From the NCBI RefSeq assembly GCF_009914755.1, contig NC_060928.1: DNA of 64,000 nucleotides; one strand, 5' to 3'. The DNA comes from the human T2T-CHM13v2.0 reference genome, Homo sapiens. This document shows, one piece after another, positions 23,451 through 36,581 of this stretch (the first letter of the stretch is position 1; each line of letters opens with the position of its first letter). The notes below the pieces were generated by a model. The model was given only the letters and a program-made list of their open reading frames with translations, ran no database searches and was not told where the DNA came from. Made by a program: the position numbers and the translations under genes.

Positions 23451-25914
23451 CTAATATAATAATACTAATATAAATATGAGTTTGTCTTTCTTACAACAAG
23501 ATTCTCATTCTTTCTAATCTCTCCCCGGTAGGTAATGTAGCTTATCTTGTTTATTTGCTCTTCATACCATTTACACTACTTCATTTAGCTACCTAGATGT
23601 TATAATTGTAAACCTCCTTAATTTGGGGATAAAAGTATTTAATATCTTGTAAATTATTATAATCTGTTGTTGGTATTTTTTAAGGATAATTAGCCCTAAT
23701 ATTTGATGTAGAATTTTTTTTTGTCAGTTGTTTCCCCCAAAGTAATCTTTTTTTTCCTTTTTTTCTTTTTAATGTGGGTTGAAAAGGAACATGAGATGCT
23801 CTCCTATCCATGTTCCTTAGTTACTCCTGTCTAATTTACTTTGTCTCTGCTTTAAGGCTGGGAACTCCAGTTTTTATTTTCACATTATCTTTCTAACACT
23901 TAGATCTATTTTTTCTTTACCATAAATTATATTTTCACTACTTTAAGCAGTGCACTGCTGAGATTTTGGACTTTATGCTTCACATATTTTTGGAACTGGG
24001 CATCAGGAACAATAAATAGAGGAATAGGGTGAGAGGTGTTGAGTTCCTTGAACAGGGGAAGGCGGCAGAAGGGTATCTGAGGTGTAGTAGGCTGGTGGAC
24101 ACAGAAAAAAATCTGGAGAATGTAAATATCACTGGACCTTTGCAGGTCCCTTTCCACTGCGGACAAAGCCTACTTCAAAACAAGAACGCTAACATCTCTT
24201 TTTCTTGACATTGCTTGCCAGCTGAGAATTCAGAAATCATATATTTAAAATGATCATGGAAAAGATGGTGGAAGAAGAAAGTTACATGTGTGTTACTTGC
24301 TTCATGTGTTTGTAATAATAATGGAAGAGGCAATTAGAATGAGTGCAATTTTAGTACACTGCTGGACAGCATCAAGCAGGCACTTCCTAAGCACTCCATC
24401 TTGTGCTTGCTTCCATTGGAACTGTTTAGTCAGCATCCGTCCTAGAAAATCCCATATATATCCCATACTTGAACTTGTAGCTGATGCTGACCAAACCCAT
24501 GCATTCACCTGGGAATTCACTAACCTAAAGTAGGCTACTTCTATGCAAACAAAATGCAAGGATTAGTATTTTTAATGTGAGAGCATGAAAAGAAAGATGA
24601 TTTTGCTGAAAACTACTAGGCTAAAATGGAAAGCTCTATGAACTTCGTATTTGTATTAAAGATGTTACATCATCAATATTATATACCTATTAAGTATATC
24701 ATAATTGAAAGCAGCTCAATGTTACATAAATATTATTGAATATGTCAGATTAATTTTTAGAAGCATTTAATTAACATTAAATTTATGCATATCAAGATTA
24801 TGATCAATAAAACTGATATTTATGTTTTATTTAATAATTACTAAAGTATATTTTCACAAACGTCACACTTAAGGGCTGATTCTGATAATTACATGTTAAA
24901 ACTAATTTCAATATAACAATTTTTCTTCAGATCACATAGTGTATTAGAATAACTATTTTCTGCATTGTACATTCTTTTAGTTCACATCACAATAGAAAAG
25001 AGAGGACATTATTGTTCTTCTACTCATAATTAATGATTGGTAATACTTTTAAAAACTTTAATTTTGTGAGTAGGAAGCCAAAATACTAAAATTGTTTTTT
25101 TTTAAAGGTAATATCTAAAATTTTAACTGATTCTTGGTTTTCCAGTGTTTAAACTAGTGAACATTTTAATTCTAATATGTGGTGTATATTCTTCAAAGGA
25201 GATGATAGATTAAGTATTTCACTGAAAACCAAATAGACCATTATTTTCAGCTGTCTGAAATGCTCCCTGTCTCTGTTCACAAAGCAAGCCATATAATCAG
25301 CTTTGGAACTTAATAATATCGTTCAAGTGAATAGGAATATAGGAAACAAGACGAAAGGAAGCTAATGCAATATAATAGTACACTTCACTTTTGCAATTGG
25401 ACAGGTAACTATTATTTCTCAGAATGCTATAGTCCAGGAGTTAGAAATTAAAATTTAATTTTAGACATATTAACTAAAACAAATTGGATGGTTATATTAT
25501 CAAGTATTGCAAAAAATACATTTGTAGGATGTTTGTAGTACATTATCTTGGGACTAGGAATATCTTCCTGTTTATTAGAAAAGGACACATTCATATGCCT
25601 CTTTTGTATAAAGAAGTTACAATAACTTTTCTCCATTAGTTGAATTTATGATAGCTTAGAATGATATTAATAATTTGAAAATATTTTATACTGTTACTAT
25701 ATTTACTATTTTAAACATCCCACTATCTGTTTTTGAAATATTCATAAAATAGCACATAAAAGCCAATAAATATTACAGAGATATTTATATGACTTATAGG
25801 AAATAATTTGTTCTGTTATAATGTAATGTTGATTAACCTGTACTATCAATTCCAAAATAATGTACAGATTTTTATGGCTAAAAATTTTAATGACTTAAAA
25901 TTCTATGCACACAC

Positions 25915-26240
25915 ACATTTTAATTGAGGTAAATTTACATACAGTGAAATGAAATGAATAAATCTCAAGTGTATTATTTAATTAGTTTTAAGAAATTCAT
26001 AGACCTGGGAAATGTATGCAGCTATCAAGAAATAGAAAACTTTCATCATCCGAGAAGCTTCCCTCTGGCCATCCCAGTCAAAATTCTTCTCAGAAGAAAC
26101 TAATACTCCCCTTCCTTTCGACATGGATTAGTTTTACTTGTTCTATGAATTCTTATAAATACAATACAGTTTCTACTTTTCTTTGTTTCTCTTCTTTCTT
26201 TAAGCATAATGCTTTCCAGATTTATCTAAGCATTTCAAAG
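25915..26240 (-). mobile_element. Old L1M 3' end fragment
   Basis: 'tttaattgaggtaaatttacatacagtgaaatg...ctcaagtgta' and 'gattagttttacttgttctatgaa'. Confidence 0.65.
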
Positions 26241-26399
26241 AGTTACCTGTAACCTCAGTAAAATATTCATTGTCAAATTTAAAATTAAACCTTAAAAAAA
26301 GTAATTGACATAGTAAAATTTTAAATTGGAAAACAGAAACTAAAGGCTTTCAATAATCAGTAAACCAAACATTCCTGTGTATTAAAACATAGTTTTAAA

Positions 26400-27503
26400 T
26401 AAAAGAGGAAAAAATATACATTAAGGAGGGGAAAAAAGCATAATAGTTAAAGTACACGAGTATAAAAGAGCATTGTAGACTTAAAGATATATATCAGTCA
26501 TAAAAATAAATGTGAATAGCTAAACTTAATAAAAGAAAAAGTATTTTATCATGGCTCACAAAGCTCGACAAAGTCATATGTTGTATACCAGATATACATC
26601 CAAAATAGTGTGATTTAGAAGGAATGGACAAGAGCATACCAAACAAAATAATTTTTTAAAACAGTTGTAACAGTCTTGACATCAGATAAGTGGAAATCAA
26701 GCCACAAACATTAAACATGACAAGAAAAGTCACTTTTTAAAGCAAAAAGAAAAAATTTACAACAAAAACATTATATTTACAGTTGCTATTCACCAAAAAT
26801 AACCCTCAGAAACAAAACCCAATAGATCGTCTAGCACTACAAATGTTATGAACAAAAACTATGGGCACTACAAGGACACAGAGAAAAATGCAATAATTAT
26901 TGGAAATGTAATACACAATTCTATGTAAAAGACTTAGTAAGTGGACACAAAATGTATTTGCCAGACAATTAAGGCACAAATAGCACAGTAAATAATATAG
27001 ATTTTATGGCGATTACTAATGTGTGTGCACATATGAATGTGTCTATGGTCTGATAAGAGAACACACTTTGTTAAGTGTACATGAGATATTCACACAAATT
27101 AGTCATAGATTAGGTAACAATGAAAACATTAAATTCCATGAATTGGAACTATGAAAAATATACTGTATAATCATGTCATAGAACTGGAAATAATGAATAA
27201 TAGAAATAGAAAAGTGGCATGTTTACCTAGAGACTAAAACTCACTTCATAAAACAACTTTTGAGTCAAAGGGAGATACAAATTGAAAAAGCAAACTAAAA
27301 CAAGCCTTTGGGAATTTGATAATATCCAACAGCCTGTATATTGACTTACTCTTGATTCAGCTATTCCACTTCTAGGAAGATACACCTTCAATAGCATGAA
27401 AATCCAAATGCAACACAGTATATACTGAAGCATCATATGCAGCTGTAAAATACTGGAAATAATCTAAATGTCCTAGAGGAAAGTGGTTGAATTAACTATG
27501 ATA
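26400..27503 (+). mobile_element. Old L1M (endonuclease and ORF2-end fragments), left flank of HERV-H
   Basis: 'aaataaatgtgaatagctaaac', 'atatgttgtataccagatatacatc', 'gattcagctattccacttctaggaa'. Confidence 0.7.
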
Positions 27504-27508
27504 CCAGG

Positions 27509-27912
27509 TGTCAGGCCTCTGAGCCCAAGCTAAGCCATCATATCCCCTGTGACCTGCAAGTACACATCCAGATGGCTGGTTCCTGCCTTAACTGATGACA
27601 TTCCACCACAAAAGAAATGAAAATGGCCTGTTCCTGCCTTAACTGATGGCATTATCTTGCGAAATTCCTTCTCCTGGCTCATCCTGGCTCAAAAGCTCCC
27701 CTACTGAGCACCTCGTGACCCCCACTACTGCCTGCCAGAGAACAACCCCCCTTTTTCCTTAACCTACCCAAATCCTATATAACGGCCCCACTCCTATCTC
27801 CCTTCGCTGACTCTGTTTTCGGACTCAGCCCGCCTGCACCCAGGTGAAATAAACAGCCTTTTTGCTCACACAAAGCCTGTTTGGTGATCTCGTCACATGG
27901 ACGCGCATGAAA
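27509..27912 (+). promoter_or_regulatory. HERV-H 5' LTR (LTR7), promoter/enhancer
   Basis: Repeated 'ttcctgccttaactgatg' blocks, TATA-like 'cctatataac' at ~27774, AATAAA at ~27848. Confidence 0.95.
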
Positions 27913-27932
27913 TTTTGTGCCATGACTCGGAT
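27913..27932 (+). other. Primer binding site (tRNA-His)
   Basis: 'ttttgtgccatgactcggat' vs HERV-H PBS tttggtgccgtgactcggat (2 mismatches). Confidence 0.9.
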
Positions 27933-28055
27933 CAGGGGACCTCCCTTGGGAGATCAATCCCCTGTCCTCCTGCTCTTTGCTCCATGAGAAAGATCCACTT
28001 ACAACCTCAGGTCCTCAGACCAACCAGCCCAAGAAACATCTCACCAATTTCAAAT

Positions 28056-28064
28056 CTGGTAAGC
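28056..28064 (+). promoter_or_regulatory. HERV-H leader splice donor
   Basis: 'ctg|gtaagc' about 150 nt after the 5' LTR, where the HERV-H major donor lies. Confidence 0.7.
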
Positions 28065-28523
28065 AGCCTCTTTTTACTCTCTTCTCCAACCTCCCTCACT
28101 ATCCCACAACCTCTTTCTCCTTTCAATCTTGGTGCCACACTTCAATCTCTCCTTTCTCTTAATTTCAATTCCTTTCAATTTCTGGTAGAGACAAAGGAGA
28201 CACGTTTCATCCGTGGACCCAAAACTCCAGTGCTGGTCAAGGACTAGGGAAGGCAGCCTTCCCTTGGTGTTTAATCACTGCAGGGATGCCTCTCTGATTA
28301 TTCACCCAGGTTTCAGAAGTGTCAGACCATGCAGGGACTCCTGCCTTGGTTCTTCAACCTTAGCAGCAAGTCCCACTTTTCTGGGGGAAGGGCAAGAACC
28401 CCAACTCCTTCTCTCCATGTCTCTATCCCTTCTCTGCTTTTCTGGGGGAGAGACAAGAACCCCTCAACCCCTTCTCCTTCACCCTTAGCGGCAAGTCCCG
28501 CTTTTCTAGGGGAGGGGCAGGAA

Positions 28524-28622
28524 TCCCGACCTCTTATCTCTGCACCCCGATCCCTTATTTATGTGCCCCGACCTCTTATCTCTGTGCCCCAACCTGTTAT
28601 TTCCATGCCCCGACCTCTTCTC
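28524..28622. repeat. ~21-bp tandem repeat in the HERV-H leader
   Basis: About 4.5 copies of 'cccgacctcttatctctgtgc'-like units. Confidence 0.85.
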
Positions 28623-29606
28623 TGCTTTTCTGAAAGGCAAGAACCCCCCACCCCTTCTCCCTGTCTCTACTCTCTTTTCTCTGGGCTTGCCTTCTTCACT
28701 ATGGGCAAGCTTCCACCTTCCATTCCCCCTTCTTCTCCCTTAGCCTGTGTTCTAAGAACTTAAAACCTCTTCAACTCTCACCTGACCTAAAATCTAGGCA
28801 TCTTATTTTCTTCTGCAATGCTGCTTGACCCCAATACAAACTCAACAGTAGTTCCAAATAGCCGGAAAACAGCACTTTCAATTTTTCCATCCTACAAGAT
28901 CTAAATAATTCTTCTCGTAAAACAGGCAAATGGTCTGAGGTGCCTGACGTCCAGGCATTCTTTTACACATGGGTGCCTCCCTAGTTTCAGTTCCCAATGC
29001 AACTTGTCCCAAATCTTCCTTCTTTCCCTCCCACCTGTCCCCTCAGTCCCAACCCCAAGCATCACTGAGTCTTTCTAATCTTCTTTTTCTACAGACCCAT
29101 CTGACCTCTCCCCTCCTCGCCAGGTGGAGCTAGGTCCCAATTCTTCCTCAGCCTCCGCTCCTCCACCCTATAATCCTTTTATCACCTCCCCTCCTCACAC
29201 CTGGTCTGGCTTACAGTTTCGTTCAGTGACTAGGCCTCCCCCACCTGCCCAGCAATTTACTCTTAAAAAGTAGCTGGAGCTAAAGGCATAGTCAAGGTTA
29301 GTGATCCTTTTTCTTTATCCCAAATCAGATAGCATTTAGTCTCTTTTTCATCAAATATAAAAATCCAGCCCAGTTCATGGCTCATTTGGCAGCAACCCTG
29401 AGACACTTTACAGCCCTAGACCCTAAAAGGTCAGAAGGCCGTCTTATTCTCAAAATACATTTTATTACCCAATCTGCTCCCAACATTAAATAAAACTCCA
29501 AAAATTAAATTCCGGCCCTCAAACCCCACAACAGGACTTAATTAACCTTACCTTCAAGGTGTACAATAATAGAGTAGAGGCAGCCAAGTAGCAACATATT
29601 TCTGAG

Positions 29607-29921
29607 TTGCAATTCCTTGCCTCCACTGTGAGAGAAACCACAGCCACATCTCCAGCACACAAGAACTTCCAAACGCTTAAACCACAGTGGCCAGGTGTTC
29701 CTCCAGAACCGCCTCCCCCAGAAACTTGCTACAAGTGCCAGAAATCTGGCCACCAGGCCAAGGAATGCCCACAGCCCGGGATTCCTCCTAAGCCGTGTCC
29801 CATCTGTGCAGGACCCCACTGGAAATCAGACTGTTCAACTCACCTGGCAGCCACTCCCAGAGCCCCTGGAACTCTGGCCCAAGGCTCTCAGACTGACTCC
29901 TTCCCAATCTTCTCGGCTTAG
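29607..29921 (+). pseudogene. gag: HERV-H gag nucleocapsid remnant
   Basis: Two CCHC zinc knuckles: [14 protein letters not shown] and [13 protein letters not shown]. Confidence 0.92.
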
Positions 29922-30001
29922 CGGCTGAAGACTGACACTGCCCGATTGCCTCAGAAGCCCTGTAGACCATCACGGACGCCGAGCTTTAGGTAACTCTCAC
30001 A

Positions 30002-30238
30002 GTGGAGAGTAAGTCCGTCCCCTTCTTAATCAATACAGAGGCTACCCACTCCACATTACCTTCTTTTCAAAAGCCTGTTTCCCTTGCCTCCATAACTGTT
30101 GCAGGTATTGACAGCCAGGCTTCTAAACCTCTTAAAACTCCCCGACTCTGGTGCCAACTTAGACAATACTCTTTTAAGCACTCCTTTGTAGTTGTCCCCA
30201 CCTGCCCAGTTCCTTTATTAGGCCGAGACACACTTTAA
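30002..30238 (+). pseudogene. pro: HERV-H protease remnant
   Basis: 'FLINTEATHS' (catalytic DTG changed to NTE) and 'CPVPLLGRD'. Confidence 0.9.
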
Positions 30239-30381
30239 CTAAATTATCTGCTTCCCTGACTATTCCTGGATTACAGCTGCATCTCATTGCCACCCTTCTT
30301 CCCAATCCAAAGCCTCCTTTGCTTCCTCCTCTTGTATCCCCCTACCTTAACCCACAAGTATAAGATACCTCTACTCCCTCC

Positions 30382-32390
30382 TTGGCGACCGATCATGCAC
30401 CCCTTACCATCTCATTAAAACCTAATCACCCTTACCCCGCTCAATGCCAATATCCCATCCCACAGCATGCTTTGAAAAGATTAAAGCCTGTTATCACTCG
30501 CCTGCTACAGCATGGCCTTTTAAAGCCTATAAACTCTCCTTACAATTCCCGCATTTTACCTGTCCTAAAACCAGACAAGCCTTACAGGTTAGTTCAGGAT
30601 CTGCGCCTTATCAACCAAATTGTTTTGCCTATCCACCCCATGGTGCCAAACCCATATACTCTCCTATCCTCAATACCTCCCTCCACAATCCATTATTCTG
30701 TTCTGGATCTCAAACATGCTTTCTTTACTATTCCTTTGCACCCTTCATCACAGCCTCTCTTCGCTTTCACTTGGACTGACCCTGACACCCATCAGGCTCA
30801 GCAAATTACCTGGGCTGTACTGCCGCAAGGCTTCACAGACAGCCCCCGTTACTTCAGTCAAGCCCAAATTTCTTCCTTATCTGTTACCTATCTCAGCATA
30901 ATTCTCATAAAAACACACGTGCTCTCCCTGCCGATCATGTCCAACTAATCTCTCAAACCCCAACCCCTTCTACAAAACAACAACTCCTTTCCTTCCTAGG
31001 CATGGTTGGATACTTTCACCTTTAGATACCTGGTTTTGCCACCCTAACGAAACCATTATATAAACTCACAGAAGGAAACCTAGCTGACCCCATAGATCCT
31101 AAATCCTTTCCCCACTCCTCTTTCCATTCCTTGAAGACAGCTTTGAAGATTGCCCCCACTCTAGCTCTCCCTGACTCATCCCAACCCTTTTCATTACACA
31201 CAGCTGAAGTGCAGGGCTGTGCGGTCGGAATTCTTTCACAAGGACCGGGATCGCGTCCTGTAGCCTTTTTATCCAAACAACTTGACCTTACTACTTGGCC
31301 TATCCCTTAAGTCTGCATGTGGTGGCTGCCACTGCCCTAATACTTTTAGAGGCCCTTAAAATCACAAACTATGCTCAACTCACTCTCTACAGTTCTTATA
31401 ACTTCCAAAATCTATTTTCTTCCTCACACCTGACACATATACTTTCTGCTTCCTGGCTCCTTCAGCTGTACTCACTCTTTGTTAAGTCTCCCACAATTAC
31501 CATTGTTCCTGGCCCAGACTTCAATCTAGCCTCCCATATTATTCCTGATACCACACCTGACCCTCATGACTATATCTCTCTGATCCACCTGATGTTCACC
31601 CCATTTCCCTACATTCCTTCTTCCCTGTTTTTCACCCTGATCACACTTGGTTTATTGATGGCAGTTCCACCAGGCCTAATCGCCACACACCAGCAAAGGC
31701 AGGCTATGCTATAGTACAAGCCACTAGCCCGCCTTTTAGAACCTCTCATTTCCTTTCCATTGTGGAAATCTATCCTCAAGGAAATAACTTCTTAGTGTTC
31801 CATCTGATATTCTACTACTCCTCAAGGATTATTCAGGCCCCCTCCCTTCCCTACACATCAAGCTCAGGGATTTGCCCCCACCCAGGACTGGCAAATTAGC
31901 TTTACTCAACATGGCCCGAGTCAAAAAACTAAAATACCTCTTAGTCTAAGTAGACACTTTCACTAGATAAGTAGAAGCCTTTCCTGCAGGGTCTGAGAAG
32001 GCCACCGCAGTCATTTCTTCCCTTCTGTCAGACACAATTACTCAGTTTAGCCTTCCTACCTCTATGCAGTCCGATAGCAGACCAGCCTTTATTAGTCAAA
32101 TTAGGCAAGCAGCTTTTCAGGCTCTTAGTATTCAGTGAAACCTTTATATCCCTTACAGTCCTCAGTCTTCAGGAAAGGTAAAACAGACTAATAATCTTTT
32201 AAAAACACACCTCACCAGGCTCAGCCACCAACTTAAAAAGGACTGGACAATACTTTTACCTCTTTCTTTTCTCAGAATACAGGCCTGTCCTTAGAATGCT
32301 ACAAGGTACAGCTCATTTAAGCTCCTGTATGGACGTTCCTTTTTATTAAGCCCCAGTCTCATTCCAGACACCAGACCAACTTAGACTGTG
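30382..32390 (+). pseudogene. pol: HERV-H pol remnant (RT lacking YXDD, RNase H, integrase pieces)
   Basis: 'YRLVQDLRLIN', 'VLDLKHAFFTIPL', 'WAVLPQGFTDSP'; 'tggtttattgatggcagt' (WFIDGS); 'cctcagtcttcaggaaaggta' (PQSSGKV); stops and deletions. Confidence 0.92.
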
Positions 32391-32969
32391 CCCCAAAAAC
32401 TTGTCATCCCCACTATCTTCTGTCTAGTCATACTCCTATTCACCATTCTCAACTACTCATACATGCTCTGCTCTTGTTTACACTGCCAGTTTACTCTGTT
32501 TCTCCAAGCCATCACAGCTGATACCTCCTGGTGCTATCCCCAAACTGCCACTCTTAACTCTTAAAGTAAATAAATAATCTTTGCTCCAGGGCTATGCTGA
32601 ACCTCCTTAGGCACTCTCTAATTAGATGTCCTAGGTCCTCCCAATTCTTAGACCTTTAATACCTGTTTTTCTCCTTCGCTTATTCCGTTTAGTTTTTCAA
32701 TTCATACAAAACCGTATCCAGGCCGTCACCAATAATTCTAAATGACAAATATTTCTTCTAACAACCCCACAATATCACCCCTTACCACAAAATCTTCCTT
32801 CAGCTTAATCTCTCCCACTCTAGGTTCCCACGCCGCTCCTAATCCCGCTCAAAGCAGCCCTGAGAAACATCGCCCATTATCTTTTCATACCATCCCCCAA
32901 AATTTTTACGGTCCCAACACTTTACCACTATTTCATTTTATTTTTCTTATTAATATAAGAAGACAGGAA

Positions 32970-33370
32970 TGTCAGGCCTCTGAGCCCAAGCTAAGCCATC
33001 ACATCCCCTGTGACCTTCACGTACACATCCAGATGGCTGGTTCCTGCCTTAACTGATGACATTCCACCACAAAAGAAGTGAAAATGGCCTGTTCCTGCCT
33101 TAACTGATAGCATTATCTTGTGAAATTCCTTCTCCTGGCTCATCCTGGCTCAAAAGCTCCCCTACTGAGCACCTTGTGACCCCCACTCCTGCCTGCCAGA
33201 GAACAATCCCCCTTTTTCCCTTACCTACCCAAATCCTATAAAACAGCCCCACCCCATCTCCCTTCCCTGACTCTTTTCAGACTCAGCCCGCCTGCACCCA
33301 GGTGAAATAAACAGCCTTGTTGCTCACACAAAGCCTGTTTGGTAGTCTCTTCACAGGGACGCGCATGAAA
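32970..33370 (+). promoter_or_regulatory. HERV-H 3' LTR (LTR7) with upstream polypurine tract
   Basis: PPT 'aagaagacaggaa' 32957-32969; TATAAAA at ~33237; AATAAA at ~33306. Confidence 0.95.
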
Positions 33371-33375
33371 CCAGG

Positions 33376-34935
33376 ACATCCACACCATGGAATATTTAAT
33401 ACTGTGCAGGGATAGAAAAAGAGATTGATGTAGAGTTTCAGGATATATCATTAAGTGACAAAAAAAAAAGTGTGAAAATGTATCTGTAGCTTTCTGTCTT
33501 TCATGTAAGACTAAAGAGAGATTAAGAAAATACATATGTATCTGTATTTTTTGAAACAGGAAATACAAGAAGAACACATTATGAACTAATTAATGTGGTT
33601 TCATGTAGGGATGGGTGGTAATGGGGCAGAAAATGAATATATAAAAATGTCTTAGAATGAATAAGAAGTATGGGAAGTTAACACTTCTTTGAATATAGCT
33701 ATTTGTATATGTTGGTCTTTTAGAATACAGCTGATGTTTCACATTCTAAAAACCTAAATTTTTTTAGAATAAGAAATATAGAAATAAGATCCTGGGGGAC
33801 AAGTGGAATAGAAAAGGTGTAAGGAATTCAAATCTGTTACAAATGTGTAACATAATCACACTGTAAAGGGTGAAAAGAAAATAATTAGCTTATGTAACTT
33901 TATAACATAGTTATTTGTATGTTATAAAGTTACATTATGTATTCATGTATTTAAATACATTATGTCTTATGTATTTAAGGCCAAGTACATAAGACCCATT
34001 CTTAAATATTGTTCTTTAATATTGTAGAGAATATATTGTAGAGAATGAAAGCCAAACTCGTCATTGTCTGAGAAGAGACAGGTGGGGTTAGAATAAACCC
34101 TGAGGTGTTAGATTGATATTGGAGATGTCAGTATGAACTCAGGTTATATATATTTTGATAGATATGTGATTATATACGTATAAGCTCATTTGTACATTTC
34201 CTATCTATTTCTGCTGAAAGGGCCCAGAAGCAATGAAACCTTAGCATCAGTGAGCACTTGGACAGGAAAATATTAGTTTCTAAATAAACATTTTCTAATA
34301 GAAACAAGTACAGATATCTTTGGAGAAATGGCTCATTTATTTCTTGGCCAAAAATAATGGAAACAGTATATGTTTGTGGTCTCAAATTATTTCCCTGTAT
34401 GATACTGATAATCATAAATGAAAGAATAGTAACATTACAGTGGAGAAAATCTAGCAGACATGACATTAACCAAGTGATCAAAGTTATCATCATTAATGAA
34501 ACATATTAGCATTATGTGCCTCCTGGTGTACTGAGAAGAGAACAACATCTCTGTTGTATACTTGCAAAAAAAAAAAAAAGGCATTTCTTAAACTTCTTCC
34601 TAAGAATTGACCAGACAAATTCAAATTGAGGGACAACATCCAAAATTAATGGCCACTGTAAGTTTTGATAGGTAAAGGCTAAATAAATATCCTAGAAAAA
34701 CAAAGTTACCAAGATGACAAGTAAAAACAATGTACAATGATGGTCATTGATGAAATAATTAACAGTATTTGAACGGTTAGTAGTAATGCATTGATATTGA
34801 TTTTCTATTTATGATAATTACGTGGTGGTTATATAAAATGTTCACTTTTAGGAAAGTCATGTCAAAAATATAGACAAATTATTTGTCGTGTTTTTGCAAA
34901 CTTTGTGTAAGACTAAAATTATTTCCAAGTGAAAG
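33376..34935 (+). mobile_element. L1MC-type 3' end/3'UTR, right flank of HERV-H
   Basis: Continues the L1 across the TSD ('aactatgata...acatccacaccatggaata'); 'ttaaccaagtgatcaaagtta'; A-rich end. Confidence 0.75.
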
Positions 34936-35149
34936 TTAAAATTTTTAAAAAATAAAAAGTAATGTCTGGTTTCAGTGATGGGACGTTTGGCTTTCATTTC
35001 CATGAACATGGAGACTGTCACCACTTAATGTATGAAACTGTTCTCAAGTCCTTAGTTTTCATAATTATTGGAATGATACTTAAAATGGCCCCTGTTGGTA
35101 TATTCATGCTTGGCTATTTAAGTACTTAAGTGTTTGTTCAGGAGATACT

Positions 35150-36575
35150 AATTGAAAGATAGATATATTTCTATTCCACATCTCTGCTTGAATGGCATAT
35201 GGATACTTCAAATTTAAGATATCTCCAAGCTGGCTCATGATTCACCTCCAAAATCATGCCTGCTCCTCTCCAAGCATTAAACATCACCGTAAATGGAAAC
35301 TATATTCTGCCAAATGATAAGATCTAAAAAAAATCTCAAAATCATGTGATTGTTTCTTTCCCCTCACAATCCATATCTGCTAAACCTAGGGATTTTATTT
35401 CCAAAACACATCTGGAATGCAAAGATTCAACTTTCACCATTATCACTTTACTGTAACTGACCCCCATTTCTTGTCTAGTCTATTTTCACAATTTGTAAAG
35501 TTTCTTGCTTTACGCTCCCCAGTTGCCTCTCCTCTATCCTACTCACCCTTACCTCTGCCCACACTCCCACCACCCCTGACACATTTTACCCTTTATTTGG
35601 CAGAAAGAGTGATTCTTTGAAAAAATGGTCTCACCATTTCACGAATCTGCTTATAGCCCTCCCATGGCATTTCATCTTAGAATAAAATGTAAACAACATA
35701 GTGTATTGTATCCTGCAGAGTTCTGTATGTTCTTGACCCAATTTACATCTAGTAATTTCCCAAGCATTTTTATTTGGTTATGCACACTCCATCAGCCCAC
35801 TTGCTCTTGCTTGGAAATCTATTAGTCTTTTTCTTATTGCTTCCTCCGTTTTTTGTCTTTTAAAAATGTGATTGTTTTAGATTTCTGCTCAAGTATCTCA
35901 AACAATCATCCCTGATTAGCCAGCTTATCTTTTTCATGTGACTCCATCCATTCATGTGTATTATTTTCTTTATGTCATGTATCACCTCGCATTGGCTGTC
36001 TCCCCTCACTGGAATGGGAACTGCTATGGTTAGATATGGTTTGTCCACACCCAATGTCATGTTGAAGTTTAATTGCCAATGCAGCACTATTAGGAGGTGG
36101 GCCAAAGAGGAAGTGTTTAGGTCACGGGGGCAAATCCCTCCTGAATGACCTGGTGTCTATCTCTATGCTAGTGAGTAAGTTCTCAGTCTCACATGACTAG
36201 ATGAGTTCTTCCAAGAACGGATTAGCTCCCATAACAGCAGGTTATTATAAAGAGCGTTTCCTCATTATGATTGGTCTGCCTTCCCACATGGAATATTCTC
36301 CATTATGTTTTGATCCAACACAAATGCCTTCACCAGAAGCTAAGTAGATGCCAACGCCCTGCCCTTTAAACCTCCTGGCCTACAGAACCATAAGCTAACT
36401 AAACCTCTTTTCTTTGTAAATTACTCAGTCTCATTCTGATATAGCAACACAAATTTTACCAAGACAAGGACGCAGTTGGGGCAGGACATTTGCTCTGCTC
36501 GCTGCTATAGCTCCAGGGCACAGAAGATATCCTAACATGGAGTAAGCAACAAGTAAATATTTATTGAATAAATAT
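35150..36575 (+). mobile_element. L2 3' portion, interrupted by an MST LTR
   Basis: 'cttcaaatttaagatatctccaag', 'cccatggcatttcatcttagaataaaat', terminal 'gtaaatatttattgaataaat'. Confidence 0.7.
36022..36466 (+). mobile_element. MST (MSTB-like) MaLR solo LTR
   Basis: 'tgctatggttagatatggtttgtcc...catgttgaa' to 'taaacctcttttctttgtaaattactcagtctc...aagaca'. Confidence 0.85.
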
Positions 36576-36581
36576 TCAACT

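Larger units (their letters stand above)
27509..33370 (+). mobile_element. HERV-H provirus, common ~5.9 kb deleted type with two LTR7s
   Basis: Two ~400 bp LTRs starting 'tgtcaggcctctgagcccaagc'; 5-bp TSD CCAGG (27504-27508 and 33371-33375); His PBS; PPT; gag/pro/pol remnants; env essentially absent. Confidence 0.98.

Noticed and set aside
24134-24149. Hairpin ggacct-ttgc-aggtcc
   Set aside because: A 6-bp stem is too short to be meaningful and there is no ncRNA context
28524-28622. CRISPR-like repeat array
   Set aside because: The ~21-bp units are contiguous with no unique spacers; this is the tandem repeat of the HERV-H leader
30382-30948. 188-aa RT ORF as a functional reverse transcriptase
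   Set aside because: Homology ends before the YXDD motif because of the usual HERV-H pol deletion
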